Assembly: GCA_964016885.1 (NCBI GenBank)
Contig: OZ024742.1
Span: forward strand, 159,340,001 to 159,404,000
From: Eledone cirrhosa
Taxonomy: Eukaryota
Length of the DNA stretch: 64,000 nucleotides
Direction: 5' to 3'
Within the stretch, counting starts at the first letter, position 1. The number at the start of each line of letters is the position of its first letter. A program made the translations under genes and the position numbers. Of this stretch, positions 1 to 14,040 are shown in pieces. The notes below the pieces were generated by a model, which had not been told where the DNA came from, did not search any database, and saw nothing but the letters and a program-made list of their open reading frames with translations.

Positions 1-226
1 TTCTAAGAGGAGATGTGTGCCGAAAATCGATAGACAGACAGAAAACCACAGTTTTATATATATAGATTATATAGCTCTGATACTGAATCAATCTAATCCA
101 TTCGGATTATTTTGTCCCAGTTATTCATAGAGCAACATCGGTGAGGTTGGCACCATAAATTCAGGGATATATGTGGATATATTCATGTATATGTATGTGT
201 CCGCATGTATCTATGTATTTCTTTAT

Positions 227-308
<82 letters not shown>

Positions 309-329
309 TATATGTATATATATAGAAAT

Positions 330-467
330 TATAGAAATTACATGAATCAAAGTTCTGTTTAAACCATTTATTCGCTTACAATTGTTTCTTCCAAACCTCG
401 GTTTGGAAGAAACAATTGTAAGCGAATAAATGGTTTAAACAGAACTTTGATTCATGTAATTTCTATA
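330..467. repeat. Perfect 68-bp-arm hairpin
   Basis: 330-397 is the reverse complement of 400-467. Confidence 0.9.
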
Positions 468-627
468 TAACTGCTCTGTAGAACAACTGATGTTATTACA
501 TTGAGCTATTTATCTTACTGGTAATAAGGTAGTAATAAATTACTGTCTTTCACTATTTAGGGTTTAAAATATATATAACTATAAAAGGTTTTAGTATATA
601 CATAACCATAAATAGTATCCTTAATAC

Positions 628-706
<79 letters not shown>

Positions 707-1219
707 ACCTGCTTGCCTGCATGCCTACCTACCTACATACTTTCCTATATACAAACTTACCTACCAACGTGCCTACATTCCTATCTACTTACCTGCCTAT
801 CTACATACCTAATTGCATGCCTGCCTATCTATTGTGGGCGATTGTGGCCTGAAGTCCGCCTGGGTTTGTTTTGATTTTGGATTAGAGATTTATTTCTTGG
901 TTATGAGTTTTAGGTTTCTGTTGATTAAACGTAATGTACTTGGTAGATGATTTGTTTGTCGTGGACGTTGTTTTATTGTGCCTGACTAATTGTATTTATT
1001 GTAGGGGGGGGGGGCTCTGATGGTTTGCTCTGATGGCTTTGACAATACTATATATATCTCTCCTCTAGTGCAATTGTCCCTAACATACATTCCCCCCCCC
1101 CCCCTTCGTCACCCCACAACTGAACTCTGGACCAGTTCTTTAACACAATTGAGATACACATATATATATATATACAGAAAAATACCTCTCCCTAAAAACA
1201 CTTTTGTTCTGTGAAAAGA

Positions 1220-1257
<38 letters not shown>

Positions 1258-1293
1258 TTACTAGTACTACTACTATTACTACTACTACTACTA

Positions 1294-1331
<38 letters not shown>

Positions 1332-1612
1332 ATATATATATATATAAGGTTCTTTTTCTTCCTCCCAACACGAAAAATGACAGACCTTCTTCAACACTTA
1401 ATTTTAAATTTTTAATTCTTTTAAAATTTAATATTTGATAAGAAATCGGTCATATTTTATCTATCTCTCTCTCTCTATATATATATATATGAATATAATG
1501 TATATATATATATATTTTAAAAGAATTGTTCTCATTTTTTCAATAATATCACTTTGACGGATCAAAGAAGAAAAAAAGAAAAACAGGTTCTTTAGATATA
1601 TTTCCGTTCCTA

Positions 1613-1687
<75 letters not shown>

Positions 1688-1984
1688 TCAGGTTTGAGGT
1701 TCACCACTGTATAGAGCTGGTCTATTCCGTATGGTCAATCGTAATGCAATAATATAGAGAGTACTCAACGTAAAGCAGTTCAAAATAGCGGTCGCCCTCG
1801 GGTTACCGATTTTCAGCCCCATGGATTTTATCTATTACATTCACGTATTATATTTCGAATACCTGTTGATATCACCGGATTCATACGGAACCCGGTCATT
1901 GAAATGATCATAGTATAATAAACCTTTCAAGGATTTACACAAATCCAGCCTCCTGTCATTTCTTTATAATATATATAACTTTGA

Positions 1985-4900
1985 TAGGTTTCGGCCAGTA
2001 TTGGCCCAGGCCATGTCTTACTTAATCGCACCACCTGGCGAAGTCTTACAAATCAGTGTTTGGGCACCATGGCCCACTCGAGCAGAGAGTTATTGTTTAC
2101 GGAGGCATATCCGGGTGTAGGAGGCTTATCCGGGATTTCTTGAAGGAATTTATCCAAAGACTTCTTGAACTTGATGGGGTCTGTCTCTGCTTTGATGTGT
2201 TTTGGTGTAATGTTAAAGAGTGCAGGGTCAATTGAGGTGAAATAATTGTGCCGTATTGTTGTTATGTGATGCGAGTGGGATTTTTGTCCTGGGCGGATAG
2301 CACGGGGCCCAAGCCTTGGGTGTACACTAAAGATGATGCCAACATCATTTGGGCTAAGCTGATGGAATATTTTCCACATCATACAGATAATGTAGCGCTC
2401 ACGGCGACGTTGAAGAGAATAAAGTTTGAGCTTTTCTAATCGACTCCAATAGTCAAGGCCTGTCATGCCAACTATCTTTTTTGTAATTGACCTTTGGGGT
2501 GCTTCAACTTTCATGATACTTTGTTTCGTGTGGGGTGACCACAGTGGACAACAGTATTCAAGGTGGGGTCGGGCAAAAGTGGAGAAGAGAAGGACAACAG
2601 TGTGGATATCTCTCGACTGGAAACTTCTGAGAATCCAGGAACACATTCTGCGGGCCATATCAGATTTGCTGTTTATATGAGTGGCCCAGATTATATTGTT
2701 GTCCACAATTACTCCCAGGTCTCTGATGTTATTGGAAGCCAACAGGGTTTCACCCGAAGAAAGAGAGTTTCAGGGCATCCTTTTTTCCAAAGTGGATTAG
2801 TTCAAATTTATCCTCATTTAAAAGGATATTATTCATCTCTGCCCATTGTATAACAGCCAGTAGGTCTGATTGCAGGCAAGTCCGGTCACCCACCTCATTG
2901 ATGGCCCTTTGGAGCTTGGAACCATCTGCGAAGATTCTGATGTTACTGTGTTTGATGATGTCAGTAATGTCATTAATGTAGATGATGAAAAGAAGTGGGC
3001 CCAACACAGTGCCTTGTGGGACGCCACTGCGGACTTTGGCAGGGCTTGATTTTACTCATTCGACTACAACATGCTGGGTTTTGCCTGTCAGGAAACATTT
3101 GATCCACTGTAGTAACCTTCCAGAGACACCAACATTGGATAGTTTTTTCAGTAGAATCTTATGATCAACCCTGTCGCAGGCTTTGCTGAAATCAAGGTAG
3201 ATGACATCAGTGTTGGAGCCCTCTCCCAAGGCTCTCAAAACATCGTCAAAGTGATGCAGGAGCTGCGTTAGGCAGTCCCTTCCATTACGGAACCCATGTT
3301 GGTTGGATTTCAGCAGGCCGTTGCTTTCAAGAAAGTGGGTTATTCGTGATCTCACCACCCTCTCAAATACCTTGATAATATGAGAGGTGAGTGAGGTCGG
3401 CCGGTAGTTCACTGCAAGGGACTTATTTCCCTTTTTGACGACTGGGACAGAAAGTTTTCAGGAATATAGCCAGTGTCCAGTGAGTTCCTCCACAGATTAG
3501 CAAGAGGAGTTGCAAGTTGGTGTCGACACACTTTCAGGACACAAGCAGAGAACCTGTCGGGGCCTACTGCTGAATTGTGTTTAATTTCGTTTATTGCCGC
3601 TAAGACATCAGGGGCGCCAAACGTTATGTCTGATATAGTGTGTTGGGGGTTACTATCACTGATACAGCCCAGATCGGCCATATCAGGGTTGCTGAAAACA
3701 GAGCAGTATTGTTTCTGCAGTATCTCGCCCATGGTTTTGGCATTGTCCTGGAGTGTGCCATTTTCATCAACTAGGGGGCCAACAGTGGAGACGGTGACCT
3801 TGTGTTTTTTAGCTAATGAGAAGAACACTTTGGGGTTGAGTTTTATTTTCTCAATGACCCACCTCTCTTCAGCTATTCTCTGGTTATTGATGATGGTCAT
3901 CATGCATTGCTGGAGGTTATATTTTTTTTTGACTCAAGCAGGGTGATAGCCATTGAATGTGTGTGTTGCTGTTGGCAGTATTTTAGTGTGTTAATTTTTT
4001 TGTTTGTTCTTTTTGTTTTTCTGATAATTGTTTTTCTGTTTTGGGGGATACTGCACTTGGGTTTTTTCACAGGTTTTGGTGGGGTGTGTTTTGTACATAT
4101 ATTTGTGACAGTGTCTACAAAGATCTGCCAAGATGTTTTGATGTTGGTGGAAGTGTGTGCGTATGTAAAAGACCAGTCGACATGTGATAGTTCATTCATG
4201 ATTGCATCCCAGTTGGCATTGTAGAGATCCATGTTATCAAATGGGTGGGCTGGAGAGAGGACCCTGGGATTAGCTTTCGGCTGGTGGAATCTCAGGTTAC
4301 AAAGAACCATATCATGGTCTGAGAGAAGGGTTTTTTCCACTGTAATATTATGTATAGTGTTAGTGTGGTTACTAAACACTAGATCCAGAATGTTCTTCTG
4401 ATGCCTCGTTGGTGCAAGGACAAGTTGTGACAAGAAAAACTCATTCATGAAGTCAAGAGGTGACTCGACAGCCTCTTTGTCAGTGGTTGAGGTAGTGGAG
4501 CCTGGTTTCAAACTACATGTAGACCAATCGACACAGGGTAGATTAAAGTCTTCCATCAAAAGTATGTTGCTAGAATGGCACTGTTTGATAAAGCATTTAA
4601 TACTGTTGAGGCATTCTTTTAAACAGATTATGGGTGATTGTGGCGGCCTATAGAGCCCAACTAATGTTAGGTCATTGGCTTTATTGTGCACAGTGACTGA
4701 TTCACAGTAACCATTAGAGAATGTTATGTTGCCATCTGCCATAAAGGAATCATGCAGGAAAATGGCAGTTCCACCCTTCCTTCTGCCAACACGATCCGCA
4801 CGGATGGTTGTGAAATTTCTCACTCTTACTTCGGCCTCCAAGTGGGAGTTGTCAAGGTGAGTCTCAGTAAGAATGAAGAAGGGGATGTGAAATGGATGGT

Positions 4901-5360
4901 TACCAACCCAATCCTCAATGAATTGGATCTTCCATTTCTGTGCATTGATGAGTGGGCTGATACCTTGTGTATTGAGTAAGAATGTGGAGGCTAGTATGGT
5001 GGCTGGTTTTGACTGTTGCAGGGGGCTTGTTTTGTGATTATGTGTTAGTGATAGCAAGGATGGTGTTGGGTGATGGCTAAAATGTTTTTCTCTATCTCTT
5101 TTGCCAGGTTCATGGCTAAAAAAGAAAGATTTCTTTTTGTTCAGGGAGCAGTTATTGATTAGATTTGTGGTTACAACATTGGATAGGGTTGCAGTTCCCT
5201 CGTTTGTTGTTGTTGTTGTATTTGTTGTAATTGTGTCTTTGTGAAAAGACTGGAGCAGCGTTATTTTTGTTGTTGTTGTATTTGTTGTTGTTGTGATCGT
5301 GTCTTTGTGACAAGACTGGAGCAGCATTACTTTTGTTGATGTAATCATGTCTTTGTAATC
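1985..5360 (-). mobile_element. Decayed CR1/L2-group LINE (APE endonuclease + RT), broken by frameshifts and stops
   Basis: Successive minus ORFs 3900-5348 (APE motifs ILTETHL, GGTAIF, LMEDFNLP, LDLVF, SDHDMV), 3409-3903, 3056-3412 (NYRPTSLTS, QHGFR, YLDFSKACDRVDH), 2750-3007 (LGPLLFIIYIND, FADG instead of xADD) and 2053-2742 (RPHLEYC, LYSLQRRRER). Confidence 0.9.
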
Positions 5361-5392
5361 ATGTCATATATATATATATATTGTTGTATATT

Positions 5393-5495
<103 letters not shown>

Positions 5496-5955
5496 ATATT
5501 TGGGGAGGGTCATATTGCTATAATATTGCCAGAAATAATAATAGAACGCACTCACTGTTTGGTTTGGATTGGTTTTCGCTTCTGTGTCTTTTATATCTCC
5601 ATAGTTAATTTATCTGGCAATCAATGTTTATCATTGATTGACCAACGGTTAAAAACGCAGATATAAATATATATATACAGTCTATCAAATTTCTTTCGTC
5701 ACACATCTGTGACATCATCAGTGGTACTATTATGTTTCCTCCCGTTGTATTGTAATGTCTACGCCAAAGGAAACATAATAGTACCACTGATGATGTCACA
5801 GATGTGTGACGAAAGAACTTTCATAGACTATATATATATATTTATACCAGTGAGTGTGTTCTATTATTATTTTTGGCAATATTATAACAATATGACCCTC
5901 CCCAAATATAACAATATTTGTTTCAACACACGATTTCCTATCAAAGACCTTGCAA

Positions 5956-6022
<67 letters not shown>

Positions 6023-6327
6023 GTATATATATATATATATGTATATATATATGTGTGTGTGTGCGTACGTGCATGTGTATGTGTATGTGTATGTATATAT
6101 ATATATATATGCATATATATATATAAATATATATATATGAATATAATGTATATATATATGAGTATAATGTATATATGTATATATATATATGTATATATAT
6201 ATATGTATGTATATATATATATATATGTATGTATTATATATATATGTATATATATATGTATATATATATGTATATATATATGTATATATATATATACATA
6301 TATGCATATATATATATGCATATATAT

Positions 6328-6396
<69 letters not shown>

Positions 6397-7989
6397 TATA
6401 TATATATATATAACAAAAATAACAATGCTGATGTTACATAAATCGTTTAATCATTATAATTATTTCCACGGTTCTCCATGCAATCGTTATGAGAACGGTA
6501 TCCTCAGCTGACACGTTGATAGTATCATGCTCCAGCAAGCACGATGGCTCGGAGACCCTTTCAGGAACTCATATGTCTGCTGGGCTCACAAGCAGAAGGA
6601 CGTGTGTCTTTTCCTGCCGGTAGCATATCACTAAATCGGATTTCATCTGAGGTTACCGTTCTCATAACAACAACAAATGCATGAAGGAGATCTCGATTGC
6701 ATTGAGAATCGTGTAAATAATTATAATGACTAAACGATTTATGTAACATCAGCATTATTATGTTTATTATTTTTATAAAAATCTCCATCGTAAGTAAAAA
6801 CTACGAATGTTGAGGGCTTTCTCCTGCTTGCTCCTCTTTTTACCAAAACAATCTCTTCGGAACAAAAAACAGAGAGGCAGTACGAATAATATTGTTTTTA
6901 GTTTCACGCTTGAGAGTGAGGGGTGGGGGACGACGTTTCGGGCATAAGCCCTTCATCTTGTGTAAAGTGTGGACGTGGAGGGAATGTGTAAGTGTCTGTA
7001 AATATGCCTAAGCATGTGTATATCTGTTAGTGTGAAAGTATTTGAACTTTAGTTGTACAAGCAGGCTGTTCCGTTCACCAAACAACTAGAACAATCATCG
7101 TCGGAACCAACGAAGGTCCAGTAACTTGTTTGTCTGTAAAAATAGGTGTTTATTTATGTGACATAAATATGAGAGTGTTATTTGATCTTTCGTGATTGGA
7201 AGTAATCATCAACAGGGTGACCATCCCTATTACCACAATGGGAGGTAGACTGGCTGCTGTGACTCCCAGTTTATATATAATTAGAAGACAAAGATGATGT
7301 GAACTGGCCACGAAAGGATATCAAATCTTGGGTGGATGACTCAATCTGCCTGGATATTAACTTTTTACGACCATTGGCACATGCACACGCGCCCACGTGC
7401 ATACACCCACATACGCTCATTGAATGGACCTCCGTTGGTTTCGACTGCGAATGATTCAGTTGCTCGCTCAACGGTACAGCATGCTCATGAACATTACGGC
7501 TGAGCATATCACAGACAAGAACACCCTTAACTTAAGTCTCAATGAGATTCGGCGTCACGCAATGTATAGCAAAGTTTGACCTTTGAATTACAGGTACAGT
7601 CCACCCGACGGACCCAATTCCACCCACAAGGCTTGGGTCAACACAAGGCTATGGTCAATGACACTTGCTTAAGCTGCAACACTGTGGTATCGAACCCGTG
7701 ACATAATGATGGCGAAGCATCCACATACACAGATAATTACTCATATATACGTACAGATGATATATGATGGATATTCCGTCTGTTTCAACGATGAACATTC
7801 AGTTGTTTCATCAACTGGATGTTGAAATCATGAATTACACAGACACGTGTACCCCAAATGGAATTTCAGCGCTTAAACAGCGTAACACAGTATGTAACAA
7901 AACTGGACTTTTGAATTATAGGTACAATCTATCCAACAGGTTTCCACACAGATTACGTCTACACAATATCTCTCACAATTATTGGGTCA

Positions 7990-10900
7990 AAAATAACGAT
8001 AACAACAACAGCAACAACAAAAATGAGAATAAGAAAACAGCCGTGTCTTTTGACAGAGTAGCAAAAAAGTGCGAAGCAATCCAGGTAACTCAGGAGGAAT
8101 TAGATGAAGCCAAGAGAATGGTAAAGAAAGATGGGTACAGGGTCAGTCTCACCCCACCCCCCACCCCACCCCCCACCCCACCCCCCACCCCAACCTAATA
8201 AAATGGACCATCGGTGCCTATGCACCGTGTCTTATCGGACGATTAACATAAAATCGCGCCGAGTGGAACGGGCATCCGAGTCCCAAATCCAAATAGCTTT
8301 GGGACATGTGTGGGCAAACATAACACACATCAGACGTGGGCAGAAATATGGAACCGTGGACGTGTTCTTTCGAACACCACAGGAGGCCAGAGAACACTCT
8401 ATGGCCCCATTAAGAAGTAACGACTTCACACTCGTCCCAAGCTATTGTGGCCAGAGACTCGTGAAGATCAGGGTGACCCACGTTCCACCGGCTATCGAAA
8501 TTCCCTGGCTTATGGCTGCTGTCCTTGCCGGCATCGAGGCCAACACCAAAATAATCGAAATAGCGAAAGAAAAGCAGGAGAAATGGTCCGGATCTGGAAT
8601 GGAGCGCCTGATCCAAGCGGACCAAAAAAGCATTGAGGAGATCCCAGAGGTAATAGACCTCACTGACGGCAGCCACCTCACCGTAATCGTCGAGGGCATA
8701 AGGCCTAGGTTTGTCGTTTGTGGTGAAGGAACCCACCTAAGGGCTTTCTGCCCTCAGGCTAAAAGGTTAAGGCCACCTCTCTTACCCACCCCAGTGACTC
8801 AACCATCAACACCACCAGCAGCAGAAATGGCAGCAACAACTGTAGCAGCAGCAACAATAGAAGCAACTGTAACAGCAACAACCCCAGCAACAGTAGCAAA
8901 ACCAACACCACCACCACCCAACGCGCCAGAACTAGCACCAGCGCCTACACCATCCACCACGCCACAACCAAAACCAACGCCTGTGGAGGATTTTCCACTC
9001 CCCGACCTATCGCAACTGGAGACAGATTGTGACGACGAGGAGTGGGAAACGGTATCAGGAAAAAAGAAAAAAAGAAAAAGAAACCAAAAAATAAAGAAGC
9101 CTCTTCCTTCCCCCTCCAAAAACAAAATACAGAGGGAAACACATAAACTATCAAGCAAAAAAGTTAGGACAGCTATGCCACCATCCACACCAACATCACC
9201 AACCCCATCACCACAAACACCATCACCATCATTAACCCCAACACCACCATCACCAACACCACAAAAGTCTTCAAAAAGCGAAACAGAAACAAACCCACAA
9301 CAAACGAAAACAAAACAAAACAACCAAAACGATACACACTACACAGCATTAAATTTGAACAACAACCAATTATTACACTACATCGAACACAACACCAGCA
9401 TCACAGAAAAAGACTACACAACAACCCAAAAGTTCACACCACCTCCACACATACAAATCACTCGCATCACACAGAAAACGTACACGACACTAAAACAAAA
9501 ATTCCCCAAAGACATCGGAGACTTCTGACAAGCACTCTCCAGGAGGATTTATAAGGACATCCTTCCGGAGGAGGCCACAAGCAGTGAAAAGGATGGAGAA
9601 ACCATCCTTCCTCTACGAGAAGTAAGGTAAGTGGTCTTTCCCATCTTTTCCACTCCATTTCAACATGACCTCACTCAGAATAGGCAGCATAAATGCGTGT
9701 GGCTTGGGGTCGTCATAGAAGCAAGGCCACCTGTTCAACGACCCCAGGTCACTAAACATAGATGTAGTGACCATCAGCGAGACCAGAATCTCCGAAGCAC
9801 GGACCTTCGCACCGATCTTCGGCGGCTACGATGTGTACGCATCTCCCAGTCGTCCTGGATCGGGGGGAGGAGTTGCTGTGCTTTTTCGGAGAGGTTTGGA
9901 TCTTGCCATACGGGCCATGTTCCAGGACCCAGAAGGTAAGTTGGTGGTGCTAGACGTGACCAGCGAAGACGGAAAGCTTTCAGGCTGGTGGCCGTCTATG
10001 CCCCGACAGAAGCAGGGCGGCCTGATTTCTTCCGGCGTCTGGAGACCTTTCTTGGAACGTCCCGCTCTTTAGTGTTAGTGGGCGACTGGAATGGGATCTT
10101 AGATGCACGCTGGGACTGTGTGGGATTAGCGGATAGGAGAGGAGGGTGCAAGAGCCTCACCAACCTGCTCAGACGTTTTGAACTGTCTCACAGGTACCGA
10201 TTGGATTTCCCGAATGTGCCAATGTGGACTTGGACAAACCGCATAGAGTCATCCAGATCATATGTAGATAGAGTATTTTGTAGGGAAATAGATAGGTCTA
10301 GCATAGGCTGTCCACAATTCAAGATAGTCAGCTACACGGACCACAAGTTCGTGATCTGTGTGCTTGACTTAGATAGGCTTCATAGATGAGGACCCGGCTA
10401 CTGGAAGCTAAACGGGTCTTTACCAGCGCAAAAGGCCTACAGAGACCGGATTTGCGAACTAGTTAAGCGGGCGTTGACGGGGGACCATCGTCAACAACAA
10501 GTGGTGGTTTGCTCTGAAAAGAGCGATTAGAATAGAGTCCATTAGGTTTAGTAAGGCTTTAGCAATAGAGAAAAATAGAGCACAGGGAGAATTAGTTAGA
10601 AAATTAGACGAGGCGCTTAGCAAAGGCATCGCGACCGACGTACTTGCGGCGAAATTGGCCCTTGACCAATTCTTCAATGCAAAGCACGAAGGCTGCATTG
10701 TCAGAGCTAGGGTGAGTGCTCTCAGACACGAGGGAACGAAAGCCGTTCAATGGGCCCGAGTGGCGGAGGCGCGTCGTGGCAACAAGCCACGATCCGGTCT
10801 TTGGTGGACCACGACGGGCGCATGCTACTCGATCCCGGGCAAATGTGTGAAGCGACACTTCGCTCAGTTGTTCGGGAGCAGCGGCGGGCCGGATCGAGGG

Positions 10901-13207
10901 ATGGACTTTAGTGTCTACCTCGACGGACTGCCGCGGCTCTCGGCCACTGAGTCGGAGTGTTGCGAAAAGCCGATAACAGCCGCTGAAGTACGGGAAGCAA
11001 TGACTGGCTACACAAGGGGTAAATCGCCTGGTTTGGATGGTCTGCCCTATGAACTTTACGTACAGATGCCAGACTTGTTCGGAGGCCTCTTGGCGGACGT
11101 CTACTGCAACTGGCAACAGAACGGGAGAATTCCCAGCTCTGTCAGTCGAGGAGCTGTGGCGCTGCCGAGAAAGGATCCGAACTAGGGGGATAACATAGAT
11201 AATTTCAGGCCCATAACTCTGCTAAACACAGAGTTCAAAATTTTGGCCAAGGTGCTAGCAAAGGGGTTGGCGCTTAACGTTGGTGTTCTGGTGAGAGAGG
11301 CGCAGATATGCGCCATTCCCGACAGATCTATCTACGACAACCTCCACCTCATGCGATACATCGTAGAGAGTGTAGCTGGGGAACCTGGTACGGGTGGATC
11401 CTTGATCAATTTAGATCAAACGAACGCTGTCGATAGGGTCGACCATCGTTACCTACCGGCAGTCCTGAGGGCGGCTGGCTTTAGGCCCGTCTTGACTCTC
11501 GAGCCATTACTGCACAAACTGGAGACGTTGAGGGGGATCCCACGCGAACTAGGATGCGGAAGATCCGTGTCAGCATATGCGGACGATGTCACCGTAGTGG
11601 TGTCGAACGCCAAACACATCGAGGCGATCGGCACTACACTAAGAGAATACGAAGCGGTGTCAGGAGCAATGATCAACCAGGAAAAGTCAGTGGGCCTGCA
11701 GCTCGGCACCTGGAGAGGCAGGCCCATGCCGTCCAACAGCGTCGTCGGACGCTGGACGGACAGACCGGTTAAATTGCTAGGGGTCTGGTTCGGTCCGGAC
11801 CTCCAGACGGACAAAAACTGGGACGAGGTGACGAGCAGGGTGGTTTCTCTCACCCAGAAATGGGCGGAGAGGAAGCTATCCCTGAAAGGTCGAGCGGAGG
11901 TGGCTAACGCGTACATCGCGTCTGTCATCTGCTACCGCCTGACCGTCGTACCTTGTCCTAAGCCTCGCCTGACTGCGCTGGAGCGTTTGCTCTTTCGCTT
12001 TTTGTGGAAGGGACGCGCTCCGATGGTCAGGCGGTCCATCTGTTGTCAACACCCGCTACGTGGAGGGCTGGGCATGCTGTGGCTGATGATGCGCAGGCGC
12101 GCGCTCAGGCTACGACATCTCCACCTCTTCCTCGACGGTGATCAGGTGTGGTCGCCGTTTGCTAGACACGTATTTCCCCAGCTCGTTTCCTTGACGGAGC
12201 TGCAGTCCTGGGTCAAGCGAAGACCGAGAGGAAGCGCCTGGAGACTGGAATGTCTTCAGGCGCTCACAGCCCTCGACCAATCGGGCAATGTGATCGGTGG
12301 AAACTCCACCTCGGCGTTCTATAGAGGATTATAGGAGGGGAAGAGCGACGACGTACTTGGGGAAACTCTAGGCGTCGACGAAAATCAACTAGCCAATCTC
12401 TTCGGAAGAACTTTCAGGCCAGGGCCTATGGACAACTTCCAGAAATCTCTGGCCTGGCAGTGCTACCGAGGAGCCTTGCCAGTTCGGGATAAAATCTACA
12501 GTCATGGAGGTGCCGTCAGCCGGGCATGTCCGAGATGCGCGCAGGGCGACGAAACCGTCCTGCACGCACTCGTCCAGTGTCCGAAAATTGCTGACTTGTG
12601 GGTTTATGTCGAACACCTGCTGTCGCGTTTAGGACGGATCCGGCTATCATCTGAGTCCATCGTGAGGATTGCCCCGCCCTCCTCCTTTAGCCGGGAAGGG
12701 CAGGCAGTCTTTATCTGTCTGGTGGCCATGGCGAAAGAGATAGTACGGTGGACACGTTTGAAAGGGCTGAAGACGAGCACTTACCTCTTCGGTGTTGCCC
12801 TGATTGACTTTTTCAAATTTCATTTGAAAAGGAAAATCAGGGTAGAGAGGGAAGTGCTCTCTTCCCAGCATTTTGTTGAAAGATGGGTGAGAGAAGCAAG
12901 TATGGCCCGAGTGAATGGGCCTACTCTGAGTATATATCTGTAAATTAAAGGTGGAAAACTGGGAGAGGGCACTTGCCTTGGTGGTCAGGGTCATTGTGGC
13001 CTTTTACTGGGCTTTCTCCACAAATGTCCCTCCGAAGTCTCCCCCCTATTGGGGAATTTTTCATTGTTATTTTTGTTACATCCTCTGTTTTTGTTTTTTA
13101 CACGCAGAAATGCCCATTTGTACCGTCCTGTATTGTCCTGCACTGTCCTTAATGTCTACTTTATGTAAACCCGTGTGGGTAATAAAGAAATCATTATTAT
13201 TATTATT

Positions 13208-13212
<5 letters not shown>
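7990..13212 (+). mobile_element. Near full-length but inactivated Tx1/L1-group LINE: ORF1, ORF2 (APE-RT-CCHC) and 3' UTR with (ATT)n tail
   Basis: ORF1 8131-9528 is Pro/Thr-rich with a degenerate Zn knuckle (VVCGEGTHLRAFC). ORF2 fragments 9767-12943 show ISETR, GGGVAVLF, VYAP, GDWN, TDHK, GKSPGLDGLPYE, AYADDVT and CPRC..ETVLHALVQC. Several stops and frameshifts; the RT segment around the QGxP motif is missing near 11490. AATAAAGAAATC followed by (ATT)n at ~13181-13212. Confidence 0.9.
8131..9528 (+). CDS. Tx1/L1-type LINE ORF1 (nucleic-acid-binding protein), probably truncated or frameshifted at the 5' end
   Basis: 465-aa ORF directly upstream of the APE-RT ORF2 fragments, with a Zn-knuckle remnant and basic/Pro-rich tail. 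Confidence 0.65.
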   Translation: MGTGSVSPHPPPHPPPHPPPQPNKMDHRCLCTVSYRTINIKSRRVERASESQIQIALGHVWANITHIRRGQKYGTVDVFFRTPQEAREHSMAPLRSNDFTLVPSYCGQRLVKIRVTHVPPAIEIPWLMAAVLAGIEANTKIIEIAKEKQEKWSGSGMERLIQADQKSIEEIPEVIDLTDGSHLTVIVEGIRPRFVVCGEGTHLRAFCPQAKRLRPPLLPTPVTQPSTPPAAEMAATTVAAATIEATVTATTPATVAKPTPPPPNAPELAPAPTPSTTPQPKPTPVEDFPLPDLSQLETDCDDEEWETVSGKKKKRKRNQKIKKPLPSPSKNKIQRETHKLSSKKVRTAMPPSTPTSPTPSPQTPSPSLTPTPPSPTPQKSSKSETETNPQQTKTKQNNQNDTHYTALNLNNNQLLHYIEHNTSITEKDYTTTQKFTPPPHIQITRITQKTYTTLKQKFPKDIGDF

Positions 13213-13249
<37 letters not shown>

Positions 13250-13286
13250 AATAATAATAATAATGATTTCTTTATTACCCACAATG

Positions 13287-13409
<123 letters not shown>

Positions 13410-13839
13410 GGTGCCCCCAAAAAGGTATACACGCTTCAACAGCATTCTAATAAATATTGCCTGTGCAGGTTATCAAAATGTGTATAAATCTTTGGGATAA
13501 CTTGTATATATAATATAATATGATATAATATAATAAATCCCAGCATCTTAGTTTTGAGAATTGCCATCCCTTGAACTTTTTCTCATACATGGGTGACAGG
13601 AACATAACTTTTTGTCCCTTAGGACTTAGATTCCTTTCTGATTATGCTGCTGCAACAGAAAAAAAAAAGACAAAGCCAAATGAAATTCGTTTAGATGCCT
13701 GTGCTTGAAGCCTTTTTAAGTGAAGAAAGGCCTTGCACTGGACCAACCCTTCTATTTGAACAACGGTGACAGGCATGTCACCGTTGACAGGATGTACATA
13801 TTGGTCATCGCGGCTAACGAAACGTGCGTACCTTGTATG

Positions 13840-14040
13840 GCGCCGTTGAAGTAACTGGTATTAATGATCGGTAGAGGGTCGGACGCCATGCTTTGCAACA
13901 AAGAGTTACGGCCCTTTATGGTCTTAGTTCAAATCCCGCCGAGATTAACTTTGCCTTTCATCCTTACGGGGTCGATAAAATAAAGTACCAGTAATACACT
14001 GGGATAATTGCTGGCCTTGTGCCGAAAGTAGAAACAATTA
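13840..14040 (+). mobile_element. tRNA-derived SINE (GCCTTTCATCC..GGTCGATAAAATAAAGTACC core). Other copies at ~14610-14800 (+), 29845-30000 (+), 43502-43700 (-), 50730-50905 (-), 50925-52125 (-, interrupted), 52130-52255 (-) and 20325-20555 (-, diverged)
   Basis: Repeated ~200-bp unit with a B-box-like GTTCAAATCC and a shared tail GGCCTTGTGCC.AAAGTAGAAACAATT. Confidence 0.85.

Noticed and set aside
1985-2012. GGCCA-ATAC-TGGCC GAAA on the minus strand as an HHR
   Set aside because: No CUGANGA core. It is better explained as the LINE 3'-UTR stem-loop.
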